Below, one piece after another: positions 1 to 9,086 of a DNA stretch of 64,000 nucleotides; positions within the stretch are counted from its first letter, which is position 1, and each line of letters starts with the position of its first letter. The DNA comes from Spirochaetia bacterium (GTDB lineage: Bacteria > Spirochaetota > Spirochaetia > SZUA-6 > Bin103). Under the pieces are notes generated by a model. It saw only the letters and a list, made by a program, of their open reading frames with translations. It did no database searches and was not told where the DNA came from. Both the position numbers and the translations under genes were made by a program. The DNA is taken from NCBI GenBank assembly GCA_965215345.1, contig CBDCDL010000002.1, positions 2,250,605-2,314,604 of the forward strand. Reading direction: 5' to 3'.

Positions 1-1561
1 TTCCGTGGACCTCCACCCGCGTCGGGTGCCAAACGATCAGATGGGACTCATCTTCGAGAACCTGATCCGCCGTTTCAACGAGCTGGCGAACGAGACTGCC
101 GGAGACCACTTCACGCCGCGCGAGGTGATCCGGCTCATGGTGAGCGTGCTGTTCATCCATGACGACGACCTGCTGGCCACGCCGGGCGTCGTGCGCAAGC
201 TGCTCGACCCGGCCTGCGGCACGGGCGGCATGCTGGCCGAGGCGCAGAGCTATCTGCGTGACCACCATCCGCAGGCCAGGCTCTACGTCTATGGGCAGGA
301 CTACAACAAGCGCGCCTACGCCACGGCCGCGTCCGACATGCTGATGAAGGAAGTGAGTCACAACGGCGGTGACGACGACAACGTACGCTTCGGCGACAGC
401 CTTACCGAGGACCGGTTCGAGGGAGAAACCTACGACTACTTCCTTACCAACCCCCCGTTCGGCGTCGACTGGAAGCGGCAGCAGAGCGAGGTCAAGCGCG
501 AGCACGCGCAGCGGGGCTTCGCCGGCCGCTTCGGCGCCGGACTGCCGCGCGTAAACGACGGATCGCTCCTGTTCCTGCAGCACATGGTGGCCAAGTTCGA
601 ACCCGTGCGCCCGGACGAGCACCGGCACGGCTCGCGGCTCGCCATCGTCTTCAGCGGCTCGCCGCTGTTCACGGGCGGCGCCGGCTCCGGTGAGAGCAAC
701 ATCCGGCGCTGGATCATCGAGAACGACTGGCTGGAAGCCATCATCGCGTTGCCGGAGCAGATGTTCTACAACACCGGCATCGGCACGTACGTGTGGATCG
801 TCACCAACCGCAAGGAGAAGCGGCGCCGCGGCAGAATTCAACTCGTCGATGCACGCGACCTGTGGACGCCAGGCGGCAGCGCGGAGAGCCGACGCAGCCT
901 CGGCGACAAGCGCCGCCACCTCGCCGACGATCAGATTGACGAGATCGTCCGGCTGTACGGTCGATTCGAGGACGAAGAGCGCTGCAAGAGCTTCCGCAAC
1001 AGCGACTTCGGGTATACTCGGGTCACCGTGGAGCGCCCCCTGCGCCTGCGCTATCAGATGACGCTGGACGCGATGGAGCGGTTCCTGGACGTCTGCCCCG
1101 AATTGCTCGACGACGTACAGGCCATCGACCAAGCTCTGGGTCGGGAACCTCAGGACGACTGGAACATCGTGTCGCAACGGATCGGCGCCCTGCTGCGCGA
1201 ACGCCGGTCACGCTGGAAGAAGCCCCAGCACAAGCTGTTCCGGGAGGCGTTCACCGCCAAGACTCCGCAGGCCGCGCCGGTCAGGAACGACCGCGGCGAC
1301 GGCTTCGAGCCCGACCCTGCGCTGCGCGACTTCGAGAACGTACCGCTCGCCGAGGACGTCGACGCCTACTTCGAGCGCGAGGTGCTCCCGCACGTCCCCG
1401 ACGCCTGTCTGGACCGCACCAGGGACAAGGTCGGGTACGAGATCAACTTCAACCGCCACTTCTACCGGTACACGCCGCCGCGACCGCTGGAGGAAATCGA
1501 CGCGGATCTGAAGCAGGCGGAAGAGAGGATCATCAGGTTGTTGCGAGAGGTCACCGCGTGA
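1..1561 (+). CDS. hsdM: Type I restriction-modification DNA methyltransferase subunit HsdM, 5'-truncated at the window edge
   Basis: The ORF runs in-frame from the window start. It has an N6-adenine MTase motif I (LLDPACGTGGML) and motif IV (LTNPPFGVDW). The C-terminal region is typical of HsdM and is followed by hsdS. Confidence 0.9.
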   Translation, partial: SVDLHPRRVPNDQMGLIFENLIRRFNELANETAGDHFTPREVIRLMVSVLFIHDDDLLATPGVVRKLLDPACGTGGMLAEAQSYLRDHHPQARLYVYGQDYNKRAYATAASDMLMKEVSHNGGDDDNVRFGDSLTEDRFEGETYDYFLTNPPFGVDWKRQQSEVKREHAQRGFAGRFGAGLPRVNDGSLLFLQHMVAKFEPVRPDEHRHGSRLAIVFSGSPLFTGGAGSGESNIRRWIIENDWLEAIIALPEQMFYNTGIGTYVWIVTNRKEKRRRGRIQLVDARDLWTPGGSAESRRSLGDKRRHLADDQIDEIVRLYGRFEDEERCKSFRNSDFGYTRVTVERPLRLRYQMTLDAMERFLDVCPELLDDVQAIDQALGREPQDDWNIVSQRIGALLRERRSRWKKPQHKLFREAFTAKTPQAAPVRNDRGDGFEPDPALRDFENVPLAEDVDAYFEREVLPHVPDACLDRTRDKVGYEINFNRHFYRYTPPRPLEEIDADLKQAEERIIRLLREVTA

Positions 1562-1621
1562 ATCTTCCGTTTCCTTGCAAGAGAGGATAGGCACGGCTCC
1601 CGAGCCACCCGAGGTGAGCAC

Positions 1622-2062
1622 ATGAACCCGGAATCATTTCTCCGTCTGCGACTGGTCGGCGCGCGTTTCGAAGGACACTCCGTCCCGCTGACGTTCCTGA
1701 AGGACATCGGCGCACAGGTCGACGATCTGCGGCTGGTCGAGGACGGTTGGCTCGAAGGAGGGGGTAGAGCGCCAGCGGGGACGGGGCTCGACTGTCTGCT
1801 TGACGTCTTCGACCAGCACTATCCCGACGAGGCACCGCTGCCACATCTCTATCCGACCGAGACGGGAGGGGTTCAGGCCGAGTGGTCTCTGGGATCGCGC
1901 GAAATCACGCTCGAGGTGGATCTCGAGACTCATGACGGTGAATGGCACGTACTCGACATGCAGTCCGGAGATATGCAAGAGCGCGTGCTTGACTATGGCA
2001 GTGATGAGGCATGGAAGTGGCTGGTGGAGCAGATCCATGCGTGTGACCAGGACAGCCCATGA
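1622..2062 (+). CDS. Hypothetical small acidic protein (146 aa) located between hsdM and hsdS
   Basis: ATG start with a GAGGTGAG RBS 5 nt upstream. The composition is protein-like and GC3-rich. I recognise no motif. Confidence 0.5.
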   Translation: MNPESFLRLRLVGARFEGHSVPLTFLKDIGAQVDDLRLVEDGWLEGGGRAPAGTGLDCLLDVFDQHYPDEAPLPHLYPTETGGVQAEWSLGSREITLEVDLETHDGEWHVLDMQSGDMQERVLDYGSDEAWKWLVEQIHACDQDSP

Positions 2063-2207
2063 CTCCCGAATCCCGCTGCTCCGGCAGGTCAATAACCGTC
2101 ACCTCCGGCATCGTCGCGAAGCGCGTAACCACTCGCCGCCATCAGGATTCTGTCTGGACTGGCCGCTCTGCGGCCGATCCTCCAAACCTTCAAACGGACT
2201 CCCTTGA

Positions 2208-3620
2208 ATGAGCGCCGCGGAATCGCTATGTCCAGGTCGAGTCGTTCCTGGAGTCGCTGTGTCCGTCGATTACCAGCCGCGTGACTTCGTGAAGCGTCTC
2301 GGCTGGACTAACACACTTCCCGATGGATGGAAGCCTAAGCCACTGCGCGCCGCGGTGTACTGTGTAGTCAGCAACGTCGACAAAGTAAAGGTCGATGGAG
2401 AAAGCCCAGTACAGCTATGCAACTACACGGATGTCTACCACAATGAGTTCATTAGACCTGGATTGGACTTTATGCGAGCTACGGCATCACAAGCAGAAAT
2501 CGCACGCTTCGCGCTGTCCGTGGACGATGTTGTCATCACGAAAGATTCGGAAGCGTGGGATGACATCGGCGTACCTGCACTCGTCGTTGAAACATTGGCT
2601 GACTTGATATGCGGCTATCACTTGGCGTTGCTACGTCCACGCAAGGACGTCATTGATGGGGCTTTCCTGTTCCGATGTCTTCAGGCGAAGCCAATCCAAG
2701 TACAGTTGGCGTTGTCGGCAAACGGGGTTACTCGCTTTGGGCTACCGAAGTCCGCGATCGGGGCAGCAGTCGTGCCTGTGCCGCCGCTGGCTCGACAGCG
2801 CGCGATCGCCAAATATCTTAACCGTGAGACGGCGCGGCTAGATGCGCTGGTAGCGGAAAAGGAGCGGTTGCTGAGCCTGTTGGAGGACAAGCGCCGCGCG
2901 CTTGTGACGCGTTCCGTCCTGCGCGGAGCGGAGCCTCGCGTGACGCTGCGTGACTCCGGCATTCCACGGGCGGGGGAGATCCCGATCCATTGGCAGACGA
3001 GACGGCTACGGTTCCTCGTACACCGTATCGAACAGGGCTGGAGTCCGGAAGCTCACGATCGCATGCCAGCAGTCGATGAATGGGGTGTCTTGAAACTCAA
3101 TGCGGTCAACCGCGGACGTTTCGACGCAACCGCGACAAAGACACTTCCGCCCAATAGGGAACCTTCCGTATTATTCGAAGTAAGACCGGGCGACGTTCTC
3201 GTGACTCGTTCCAATACGCCATCCTTGGTCGGCGATGCATGCTACGTGGAAGCTACGCGGGCGAGATTGATTCTATCGGACCTCATTTACCGATTGACGG
3301 TGCGGTCTGAGTTGATTGACGGAAGATTTCTGGTGTACTTTCTGACGCTTCCGACCGGTAGAAGTCAGATTGAGCGAGATGCCCGTGGTACCAGTGCCTC
3401 CATGGTAAAGATTTCTCAGGAACACATCAGGAACTGGCGGGTGCCAGTACCACCCGTAGAAGAACAGCGGGAGATAGTCGCGGAGATTGTATCCACGACA
3501 ACGGTGATCGACCAGATTGAGACCGCTACGAATCGCTCCATCGCGCTCCTGAAAGAGCGCCGCTCCGCTCTGATCGCCGCCGCCGTGACGGGACAGATCG
3601 ACGTTGGTGGCGCAGCATGA
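2208..3620 (+). CDS. hsdS: Type I restriction-modification specificity subunit HsdS with two target-recognition domains
   Basis: N-terminal ...LPDGWKP... motif. Central and C-terminal conserved coiled-coil repeats (ARQRAIAKYL...LDALVAEKERLLSLLEDKRRAL; VEEQREIVAEIVSTTTVIDQIETATNRSIALLKERRSALIAAAVTGQI). GC is lower than in the flanking genes, as is typical for hsdS. The exact start is uncertain. Confidence 0.85.
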   Translation: MSAAESLCPGRVVPGVAVSVDYQPRDFVKRLGWTNTLPDGWKPKPLRAAVYCVVSNVDKVKVDGESPVQLCNYTDVYHNEFIRPGLDFMRATASQAEIARFALSVDDVVITKDSEAWDDIGVPALVVETLADLICGYHLALLRPRKDVIDGAFLFRCLQAKPIQVQLALSANGVTRFGLPKSAIGAAVVPVPPLARQRAIAKYLNRETARLDALVAEKERLLSLLEDKRRALVTRSVLRGAEPRVTLRDSGIPRAGEIPIHWQTRRLRFLVHRIEQGWSPEAHDRMPAVDEWGVLKLNAVNRGRFDATATKTLPPNREPSVLFEVRPGDVLVTRSNTPSLVGDACYVEATRARLILSDLIYRLTVRSELIDGRFLVYFLTLPTGRSQIERDARGTSASMVKISQEHIRNWRVPVPPVEEQREIVAEIVSTTTVIDQIETATNRSIALLKERRSALIAAAVTGQIDVGGAA

Positions 3621-4834
3621 GAGTCGCGCGCCTCAAACTCGCCAACGTTCGGTCGGTCAAGGCCGCCGAGTTCCATTTCCGTCCAGGCATCAACCTGATC
3701 GTGGGCGTGAACGGGGTCGGTAAGACGGGCGTACTCGACGCTCTGGGGGTGTGTCTGTCGTCCTTCATCAGAGACGCGTACGACCTTCGTACCGACGTCA
3801 AGAGATTCAGGCTTGACGACGTGCGTGTGGGATCGGCAGCGCTTTACGTCGAGTGCACGGTGCGGCACGGCGGGGCGAATTACGCCTGCGACGTGCACAA
3901 GAGGGTTGTGAGTTCCGGACACCAAGGTCCCGATACGCCACAGACTATCACGGGCGGAAGCCTGCATCCGCCGTCGCCAGCGGACCCGGGTGGAATGCCA
4001 CTCGCTGTGATCTTCTCTACGCGTCGGGCGCTCGCTTCTCGCAGGACTCCCTCGGAGACCGTCGCGGCCGGCGGAGTGGCCGCAGCATGCGCCGGAGCGT
4101 TCGCCAATCGAGATCTGCAGCTCAACGAGTTTGCGCAGTGGATGCGGGCGCGACAAACCCTTGCGGCGGAACGGCCGGCTGCCGGGGACGTCCTGACCAC
4201 GTTCGCGGAAACGGTGGCACGATTCCTTCCCGGCTATTCGAACTTCCGGGTCGACGGGGACAAGCGCCCGGAACTGCTGATCGATCATGGCGGCATGGCG
4301 CTCAAGGTGAGCCAGCTTTCAGACGGCGAACGCGGCATGCTGGCCATGGTACTCGACTTGACGCGCAGACTCGCCCAAGCCAATCCGGCCCTGACAGACC
4401 CCGGCGCCGAAGCGGAGGCGGTCGTTCTGATCGACGAGATCGACCTGCATCTGCACCCGCAATGGCAGCGGCAGATCGTGCGCAATCTGACAACAGCGTT
4501 CCCCCGCTGCCAGTTCATCGCCACGACCCATTCCCCTCAGATCATCGGCGAGGTCGAACACGACCGCATCCACATCATGGCCGACGGCGAGGTCTACTCA
4601 CCGACACACTCGTTCGGCGTCGACTCCAGTCGAGTTCTGGAAGAGGTCATGGAAGCGGATCCGCGGAATAGCGAGGTCAAGGACCTGCTTTCTCGAGCGT
4701 CTCGCTCGATCGACAGGGAGCGCTTCGAGGAGGCGCGAGAACTGTTGGGCAGACTCGATGATCGGCTTGGCGACGATGACCCCGATGTGACTGGGCTGCG
4801 GACCCTTCTCGCGTTCATGGAGGGCGGGGATTGA
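3617..4834 (+). CDS. ptuA: ABC-type (AAA_15/21-like) ATPase, Septu PtuA-like
   Basis: Walker A (GVNGVGKTG), ABC signature/Q-loop-like LSDGERGML, Walker B (VVLIDEIDLHLHP) and an H-loop region (IATTHSP). The ATGA start/stop overlaps hsdS. It is immediately followed by an HNH protein. Confidence 0.6.
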   Translation: MRVARLKLANVRSVKAAEFHFRPGINLIVGVNGVGKTGVLDALGVCLSSFIRDAYDLRTDVKRFRLDDVRVGSAALYVECTVRHGGANYACDVHKRVVSSGHQGPDTPQTITGGSLHPPSPADPGGMPLAVIFSTRRALASRRTPSETVAAGGVAAACAGAFANRDLQLNEFAQWMRARQTLAAERPAAGDVLTTFAETVARFLPGYSNFRVDGDKRPELLIDHGGMALKVSQLSDGERGMLAMVLDLTRRLAQANPALTDPGAEAEAVVLIDEIDLHLHPQWQRQIVRNLTTAFPRCQFIATTHSPQIIGEVEHDRIHIMADGEVYSPTHSFGVDSSRVLEEVMEADPRNSEVKDLLSRASRSIDRERFEEARELLGRLDDRLGDDDPDVTGLRTLLAFMEGGD

Positions 4835-5475
4835 GAGGCATCACGAAAGGTGCCGAACCGGCCAGCCTGACCACACATCGCCGGACTCCGCACGGCGACT
4901 ACGACAATTACCCCGACAAGGACACGCTTCGGGTCATGCTGGCGAACGAACAGCGGGGGCTGTGCTGCTACTGTATGGGGCGGATACGCAGTGACTCGAT
5001 GAAGGTCGAACACTGGAGATCCCAGAGTCGGTTTCCCAAAGAACAGCTCGACTACGGGAACCTTCTCGGCGCCTGCCGGGGAGGAGAAGGGCAGCCGCGA
5101 TCCTCGCAGCATTGCGACACGCGCAAAGGCGATAGCGATCTGCGGTGGAATCCCGCGAACCGGAGTCACGCGATCGAGGAGCGGATCTACTACGAGTCGG
5201 ATGGTGGCATCGGATCCGACGACGCGAATTTCAACGCACAGCTCGACGAAGTGCTCAATCTCAACCTACCGGTGTTGAAGAATAGCCGGAGACGGATCCG
5301 CGAAAGGGTCCTCGAGTGGTGGAAGATGGAGAAGGGACGCCTTCGAGGTCCGGTGCCGCGCGAGCGATTCGAAAAGCAGCGCGCGCGGCGGGTCGTCGGC
5401 GCCGGCGACCTGGAACCCTATTGCCAAGTCGCTGTCTGGTGGCTCGATCAGCGCCTGAAAAGGATGGCTGCGTGA
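4831..5475 (+). CDS. ptuB: HNH endonuclease-family protein, Septu PtuB-like
   Basis: The TTG start overlaps the ptuA stop (TTGA); an alternative ATG lies at 4933. The Cys/His motif (CCYCMG...VEHWRSQS...HCDTRKG) is consistent with a TIGR02646-type HNH. The stop overlaps the hsdR GTG start. Confidence 0.55.
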   Translation: MRGITKGAEPASLTTHRRTPHGDYDNYPDKDTLRVMLANEQRGLCCYCMGRIRSDSMKVEHWRSQSRFPKEQLDYGNLLGACRGGEGQPRSSQHCDTRKGDSDLRWNPANRSHAIEERIYYESDGGIGSDDANFNAQLDEVLNLNLPVLKNSRRRIRERVLEWWKMEKGRLRGPVPRERFEKQRARRVVGAGDLEPYCQVAVWWLDQRLKRMAA

Positions 5476-8400
5476 GCGATCACCGTCATTCGGAGTCCGC
5501 GTTCGAGACGGTGATCGAAGCGCACCTGCTGGCGAACGGATACGTCTCCGTGCTGGGCGAAGCGTTCGACCGGGAACGAGCGATCTTCCCGGATACCGTG
5601 CTCAGCTTCATCCGCGGGACGCAGCCGAAGGAATGGGCGAAGCTCGAAGCGCTGCTCGGGGCGCAGACCGACGAGCAGGTCCTGACCGATCTGTGCAAAT
5701 GGATGGACACTCACGGCGCTCTGGCGACGCTCCGGCACGGGTTCAAGTGCTACGGCAGGACTCTGCATGCTGCGTTCTTCAGGGCGGCGCACGCGTTGAA
5801 CCCGGAGCTGGACGCGCAGTACGCCGCCAACCGAGTCGGCATCACGCGGCAACTTCGCTTCTCGCCGCACTCGGAGCAATCGGTTGACGTGACGCTGAGC
5901 GTCAACGGGATACCGGTCGCAACGCTCGAGTTGAAGAACCCGCTCACAGGGCAGACGGTGGAAGACGCCCGCCGACAGTATCGCGAGGACCGCGACCCGC
6001 GCGTGCCTGTGTTCGCCTTCAAGCGGCGCACGCTCGTCCACTTCGCGGTGGACACCGAGTCGGTGCTCATGACGACGCGCCTCGCCGGCAACGCGACCCA
6101 CTTCCTTCCGTTCGACCGGGGATGCGACGGCGGCGCCGGCAATCCTCCCGATCCGAACGGGCGCAGCTATCGCACCTCGTACCTGTGGGAGGAGGTGCTG
6201 CAGCGCGACAGCCTGCTGGACCGCCTGGCGCGTTTCGTCCACGTGCAGGTGGACCAGAAGCGCGACGAGCGGGGACGCAAGATGAAGGTCGAGACGATGA
6301 TCTTCCCCCGCTACCACCAACTGGAAGCGGTGCGCCTCCTGGTGGCTGCCGCGCGCCGCGAAGGCGTCGGGCACAACGCCTTGGTCGAGCACTCCGCGGG
6401 CAGCGGCAAGAGCAACACCATCGCGTGGCTCACGCATCGCCTGGCTTCGCTGCACGACGCGGACAACGCCCGCGTGTTCGACAGCGTGATCGTGGCGACC
6501 GACCGCGTGGTGCTCGATCAGCAGCTTCAGGACACCATCTACCAGTTCGAGCACAAGCGCGGCGTCGTGCAGAAGATCGACGAGCGCTCGCGGCAGCTCG
6601 CGGAGGCGTTGGAGAGCGCGGTGCCGATCGTCATCACGACGCTGCAGAAGTTTCCCTACGTGTCTCGCCAGCTTCTCAGGATGGCCGAGGAACGGGGCAC
6701 GGAGGCGACGGGCGTGCTGCCGACCCGCCGCTGTGCCGTGATCATCGACGAAGCGCACAGCTCCCAGGGAGGCGAAACCGCGACCGCGCTCAAGGGGGTG
6801 CTGGGCGGCGAGGAGCTGCGCGCGGAAGCGCGGAAGCGCGCGGCCGAGGAGGGCCTGGAAGGCGAGCACGCCCAGGAGCTGTTTCTCGGTATGGCCAGGC
6901 GCGGCCGGCTCCCCAACCTGAGCTTCTTCGCCTTCACTGCGACGCCAAAGCACAAGACGTTCAAGGTCTTTGGGCGCGGAGGCATGCCCGTCCATCGCTA
7001 CACCATGCGCCAAGCGATCGACGAGGGGTTCATCCTCGACGTCCTGCGCCACTACACCAGCTACGTCACCTACTACAAGCTGCTCAAGGCGTGCGCGGAA
7101 GATCCCCACGTGGAGCGGAAGCCGGCAGCCAGGGCGCTCGCGCGCTTTCTGCGACTGCACCCGCACAACATCGCGCAGAAGACCGAGATCATGGTCGAGC
7201 ACTTCAACGCCGTCACCCGCCACAAGATCGGCGGCCGCGCCAAGGCGATGGTGGTGACCGGATCGCGACTGGAGGCGGTGCGCTACAAGCAGAGCTTCGA
7301 CCGCTACATCGAACGGAAGGGATATCCGATCAAGTCGCTGGTAGCCTTCTCGGGCGTGGTGGAAGACGACGATGTCGCCGGCGTGACCTACACTGAGGAG
7401 CAGATGAACGACGGCGTGCGCGAGAAGGAGTTGCCGGAGCACTTCGCCACGCCCGAATATCAGGTCCTGCTGGTGGCAGAGAAGTACCAGACGGGTTTCG
7501 ATCAGCCGCTGCTGCACACGATGTACGTCGACAAGCGGCTTGCCGGCATCCAGGCGGTGCAGACCCTCTCCCGGCTCAACCGGACGCACGCGCTCAAGGA
7601 AGACACCTTCGTGCTCGACTTCGTCAACGACCGCGACGAGATCCGCGAAGCCTTCGAGACGTACTACGAAGGCGCCGCGATGGGCGCCGAGGTCGACCCC
7701 GCGCGGATGTACGAGATCAAGGGCGAGCTCGATGCGTCCGGCGTGTATCGCGCCGAGGAAGTCGAGCGCTTCTGCGCCGTGTACTTCAACCCCAGGCAGC
7801 GCCAGAGCGCACAGGATCATCAAGCGATGAACGCCGCGTTGGATCCGGCGGTGTCTCGCTTTGCCGAGTTCCTCAAGGAGGAGGAAACGGAGGCCGAGGT
7901 CTGGCGCGGCAAGCTGCACGCATTTCGCAACCTCTACGGGTTCCTGAGTCAGGTGATTCCCTACCAGGACTCCGACCTTGAACGGCTCTACGTCTTTCTC
8001 CGTCACCTTGGCGCAAAGCTGCCGCGGCGCCGCTCGCGGCCGGCCTACGACTTCGACGACGACGTGCGCCTGGAGTACTACCGCCTGCAGAAGATCAGCG
8101 AAGGCTCGATCGCGCTCGGCTCGGGTGACGCGCGCGCCCTGGATGGGCCGACCGAGGTCGGCAGCGGCGTTGCCCATGAGGAGTCGGTCCCGCTGTCCAG
8201 GCTCATCGATGTCGTCAACGACCGCTTCGGTACGGATTTCAACGACGCCGACCAACTCTTCTTCGAACAGATCGTCGAGGCCGCGGTAGCCGACGACGAG
8301 CTGCGTCAGACCGCGGCTGTCAATCCCGAAACGAAGTTCGAGCTGGTGTTCAAGAGCCTGATCGAGCGTCTGTTCGTAGAGCGCATGGACCAGAACGAGG

Positions 8401-9041
8401 AGATCTTCGTCCGCTACATGAACGATCCATCCTTCAAGGAAGTCGTGAGCGAGTGGCTGTCCTCGCAGGCGTACCAGCGGCTCCGGGACGCCGACCAGAG
8501 CGATGAGGAGCCGGAGGCCGAGGGCTTGCGAATCGTCGCAGGCCGGCTCGAAGACCGCTACGTCACCTGCGTGCCTCTGGTACCTCTTGCCGTGGCTGCG
8601 GGCGCGTTCGGCGATCCCCAGACCGTGCCGGACGAAGGCGAATGGGAATGGGTGGAAGTAGACACCGCGCGCCGGCTCCGCCCCGGCATGTTCGTCGCGC
8701 AGGTCACCGGCCGCTCCATGGAGCCTATGGTCCCTGACGGAGCGTATGCGTTGTTCCGCTCACCGGTGGAAGGCACGCGGCAGGGCAAGACCGTGCTGGT
8801 TGAGATGCGTGGCGCCATCGACCCGGAAACCGGCGAGCGTCACACGCTCAAGCGATACGAAAGCGAGCGAGTCGCCGCCGGCGATTCATGGCGGCATGAG
8901 AAGATCACCCTGAAACCGATGAATCCCGAATTTGATCCCATCGTCATCACCGGCGAGGAAGAAGGAGACCTGACCGTCGTGGCGGAGTTGGTCGAAGTAC
9001 TTCTCGTGCCCTCCGTTTCAGACGTGGCTGTTCAACCGTGA
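5472..9041 (+). CDS. hsdR: Type I restriction enzyme R subunit HsdR with a C-terminal LexA-like S24 peptidase domain fusion
   Basis: The GTG at 5472 overlaps the ptuB stop. The long in-frame ATG at 5316 was rejected because it overlaps ptuB. The N-terminus is HsdR-like (HFLPFDRGC...[13 protein letters not shown]). It has an SF2 helicase core and the conserved HsdR C-terminal helical domain. A further ~150 aa then resemble the LexA/UmuD C-domain (see findings). Confidence 0.85.
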   Translation: MSDHRHSESAFETVIEAHLLANGYVSVLGEAFDRERAIFPDTVLSFIRGTQPKEWAKLEALLGAQTDEQVLTDLCKWMDTHGALATLRHGFKCYGRTLHAAFFRAAHALNPELDAQYAANRVGITRQLRFSPHSEQSVDVTLSVNGIPVATLELKNPLTGQTVEDARRQYREDRDPRVPVFAFKRRTLVHFAVDTESVLMTTRLAGNATHFLPFDRGCDGGAGNPPDPNGRSYRTSYLWEEVLQRDSLLDRLARFVHVQVDQKRDERGRKMKVETMIFPRYHQLEAVRLLVAAARREGVGHNALVEHSAGSGKSNTIAWLTHRLASLHDADNARVFDSVIVATDRVVLDQQLQDTIYQFEHKRGVVQKIDERSRQLAEALESAVPIVITTLQKFPYVSRQLLRMAEERGTEATGVLPTRRCAVIIDEAHSSQGGETATALKGVLGGEELRAEARKRAAEEGLEGEHAQELFLGMARRGRLPNLSFFAFTATPKHKTFKVFGRGGMPVHRYTMRQAIDEGFILDVLRHYTSYVTYYKLLKACAEDPHVERKPAARALARFLRLHPHNIAQKTEIMVEHFNAVTRHKIGGRAKAMVVTGSRLEAVRYKQSFDRYIERKGYPIKSLVAFSGVVEDDDVAGVTYTEEQMNDGVREKELPEHFATPEYQVLLVAEKYQTGFDQPLLHTMYVDKRLAGIQAVQTLSRLNRTHALKEDTFVLDFVNDRDEIREAFETYYEGAAMGAEVDPARMYEIKGELDASGVYRAEEVERFCAVYFNPRQRQSAQDHQAMNAALDPAVSRFAEFLKEEETEAEVWRGKLHAFRNLYGFLSQVIPYQDSDLERLYVFLRHLGAKLPRRRSRPAYDFDDDVRLEYYRLQKISEGSIALGSGDARALDGPTEVGSGVAHEESVPLSRLIDVVNDRFGTDFNDADQLFFEQIVEAAVADDELRQTAAVNPETKFELVFKSLIERLFVERMDQNEEIFVRYMNDPSFKEVVSEWLSSQAYQRLRDADQSDEEPEAEGLRIVAGRLEDRYVTCVPLVPLAVAAGAFGDPQTVPDEGEWEWVEVDTARRLRPGMFVAQVTGRSMEPMVPDGAYALFRSPVEGTRQGKTVLVEMRGAIDPETGERHTLKRYESERVAAGDSWRHEKITLKPMNPEFDPIVITGEEEGDLTVVAELVEVLLVPSVSDVAVQP

Positions 9042-9086
9042 ACAAGCCGTTCGTCATTCTTCGAATTTCTATAGCGAGGATTCGGT

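Noticed and set aside
5316-5471. Upstream in-frame ATG extension of hsdR starting at 5316
   Set aside because: It overlaps the 3' third of ptuB in another frame and encodes Arg/Ala-rich noise. The GTG at 5472 overlaps the ptuB stop (GTGA) and is followed by a plausible HsdR N-terminus.
5448-8255. 935-aa ORF on the minus strand, antisense to hsdR
   Set aside because: It has the Arg/Ala/Gly/Val-rich, low-complexity composition typical of antisense frames in high-GC DNA. The sense strand carries clear HsdR motifs. The same reasoning applies to the other long antisense ORFs: 10667..11968 (-), 12107..13084 (-), 15191..17530 (-), 15520..17532 (+), 20025..22619 (+), 23913..25952 (-), 34452..37163 (-), 45602..47623 (+) and 46458..47579 (-).
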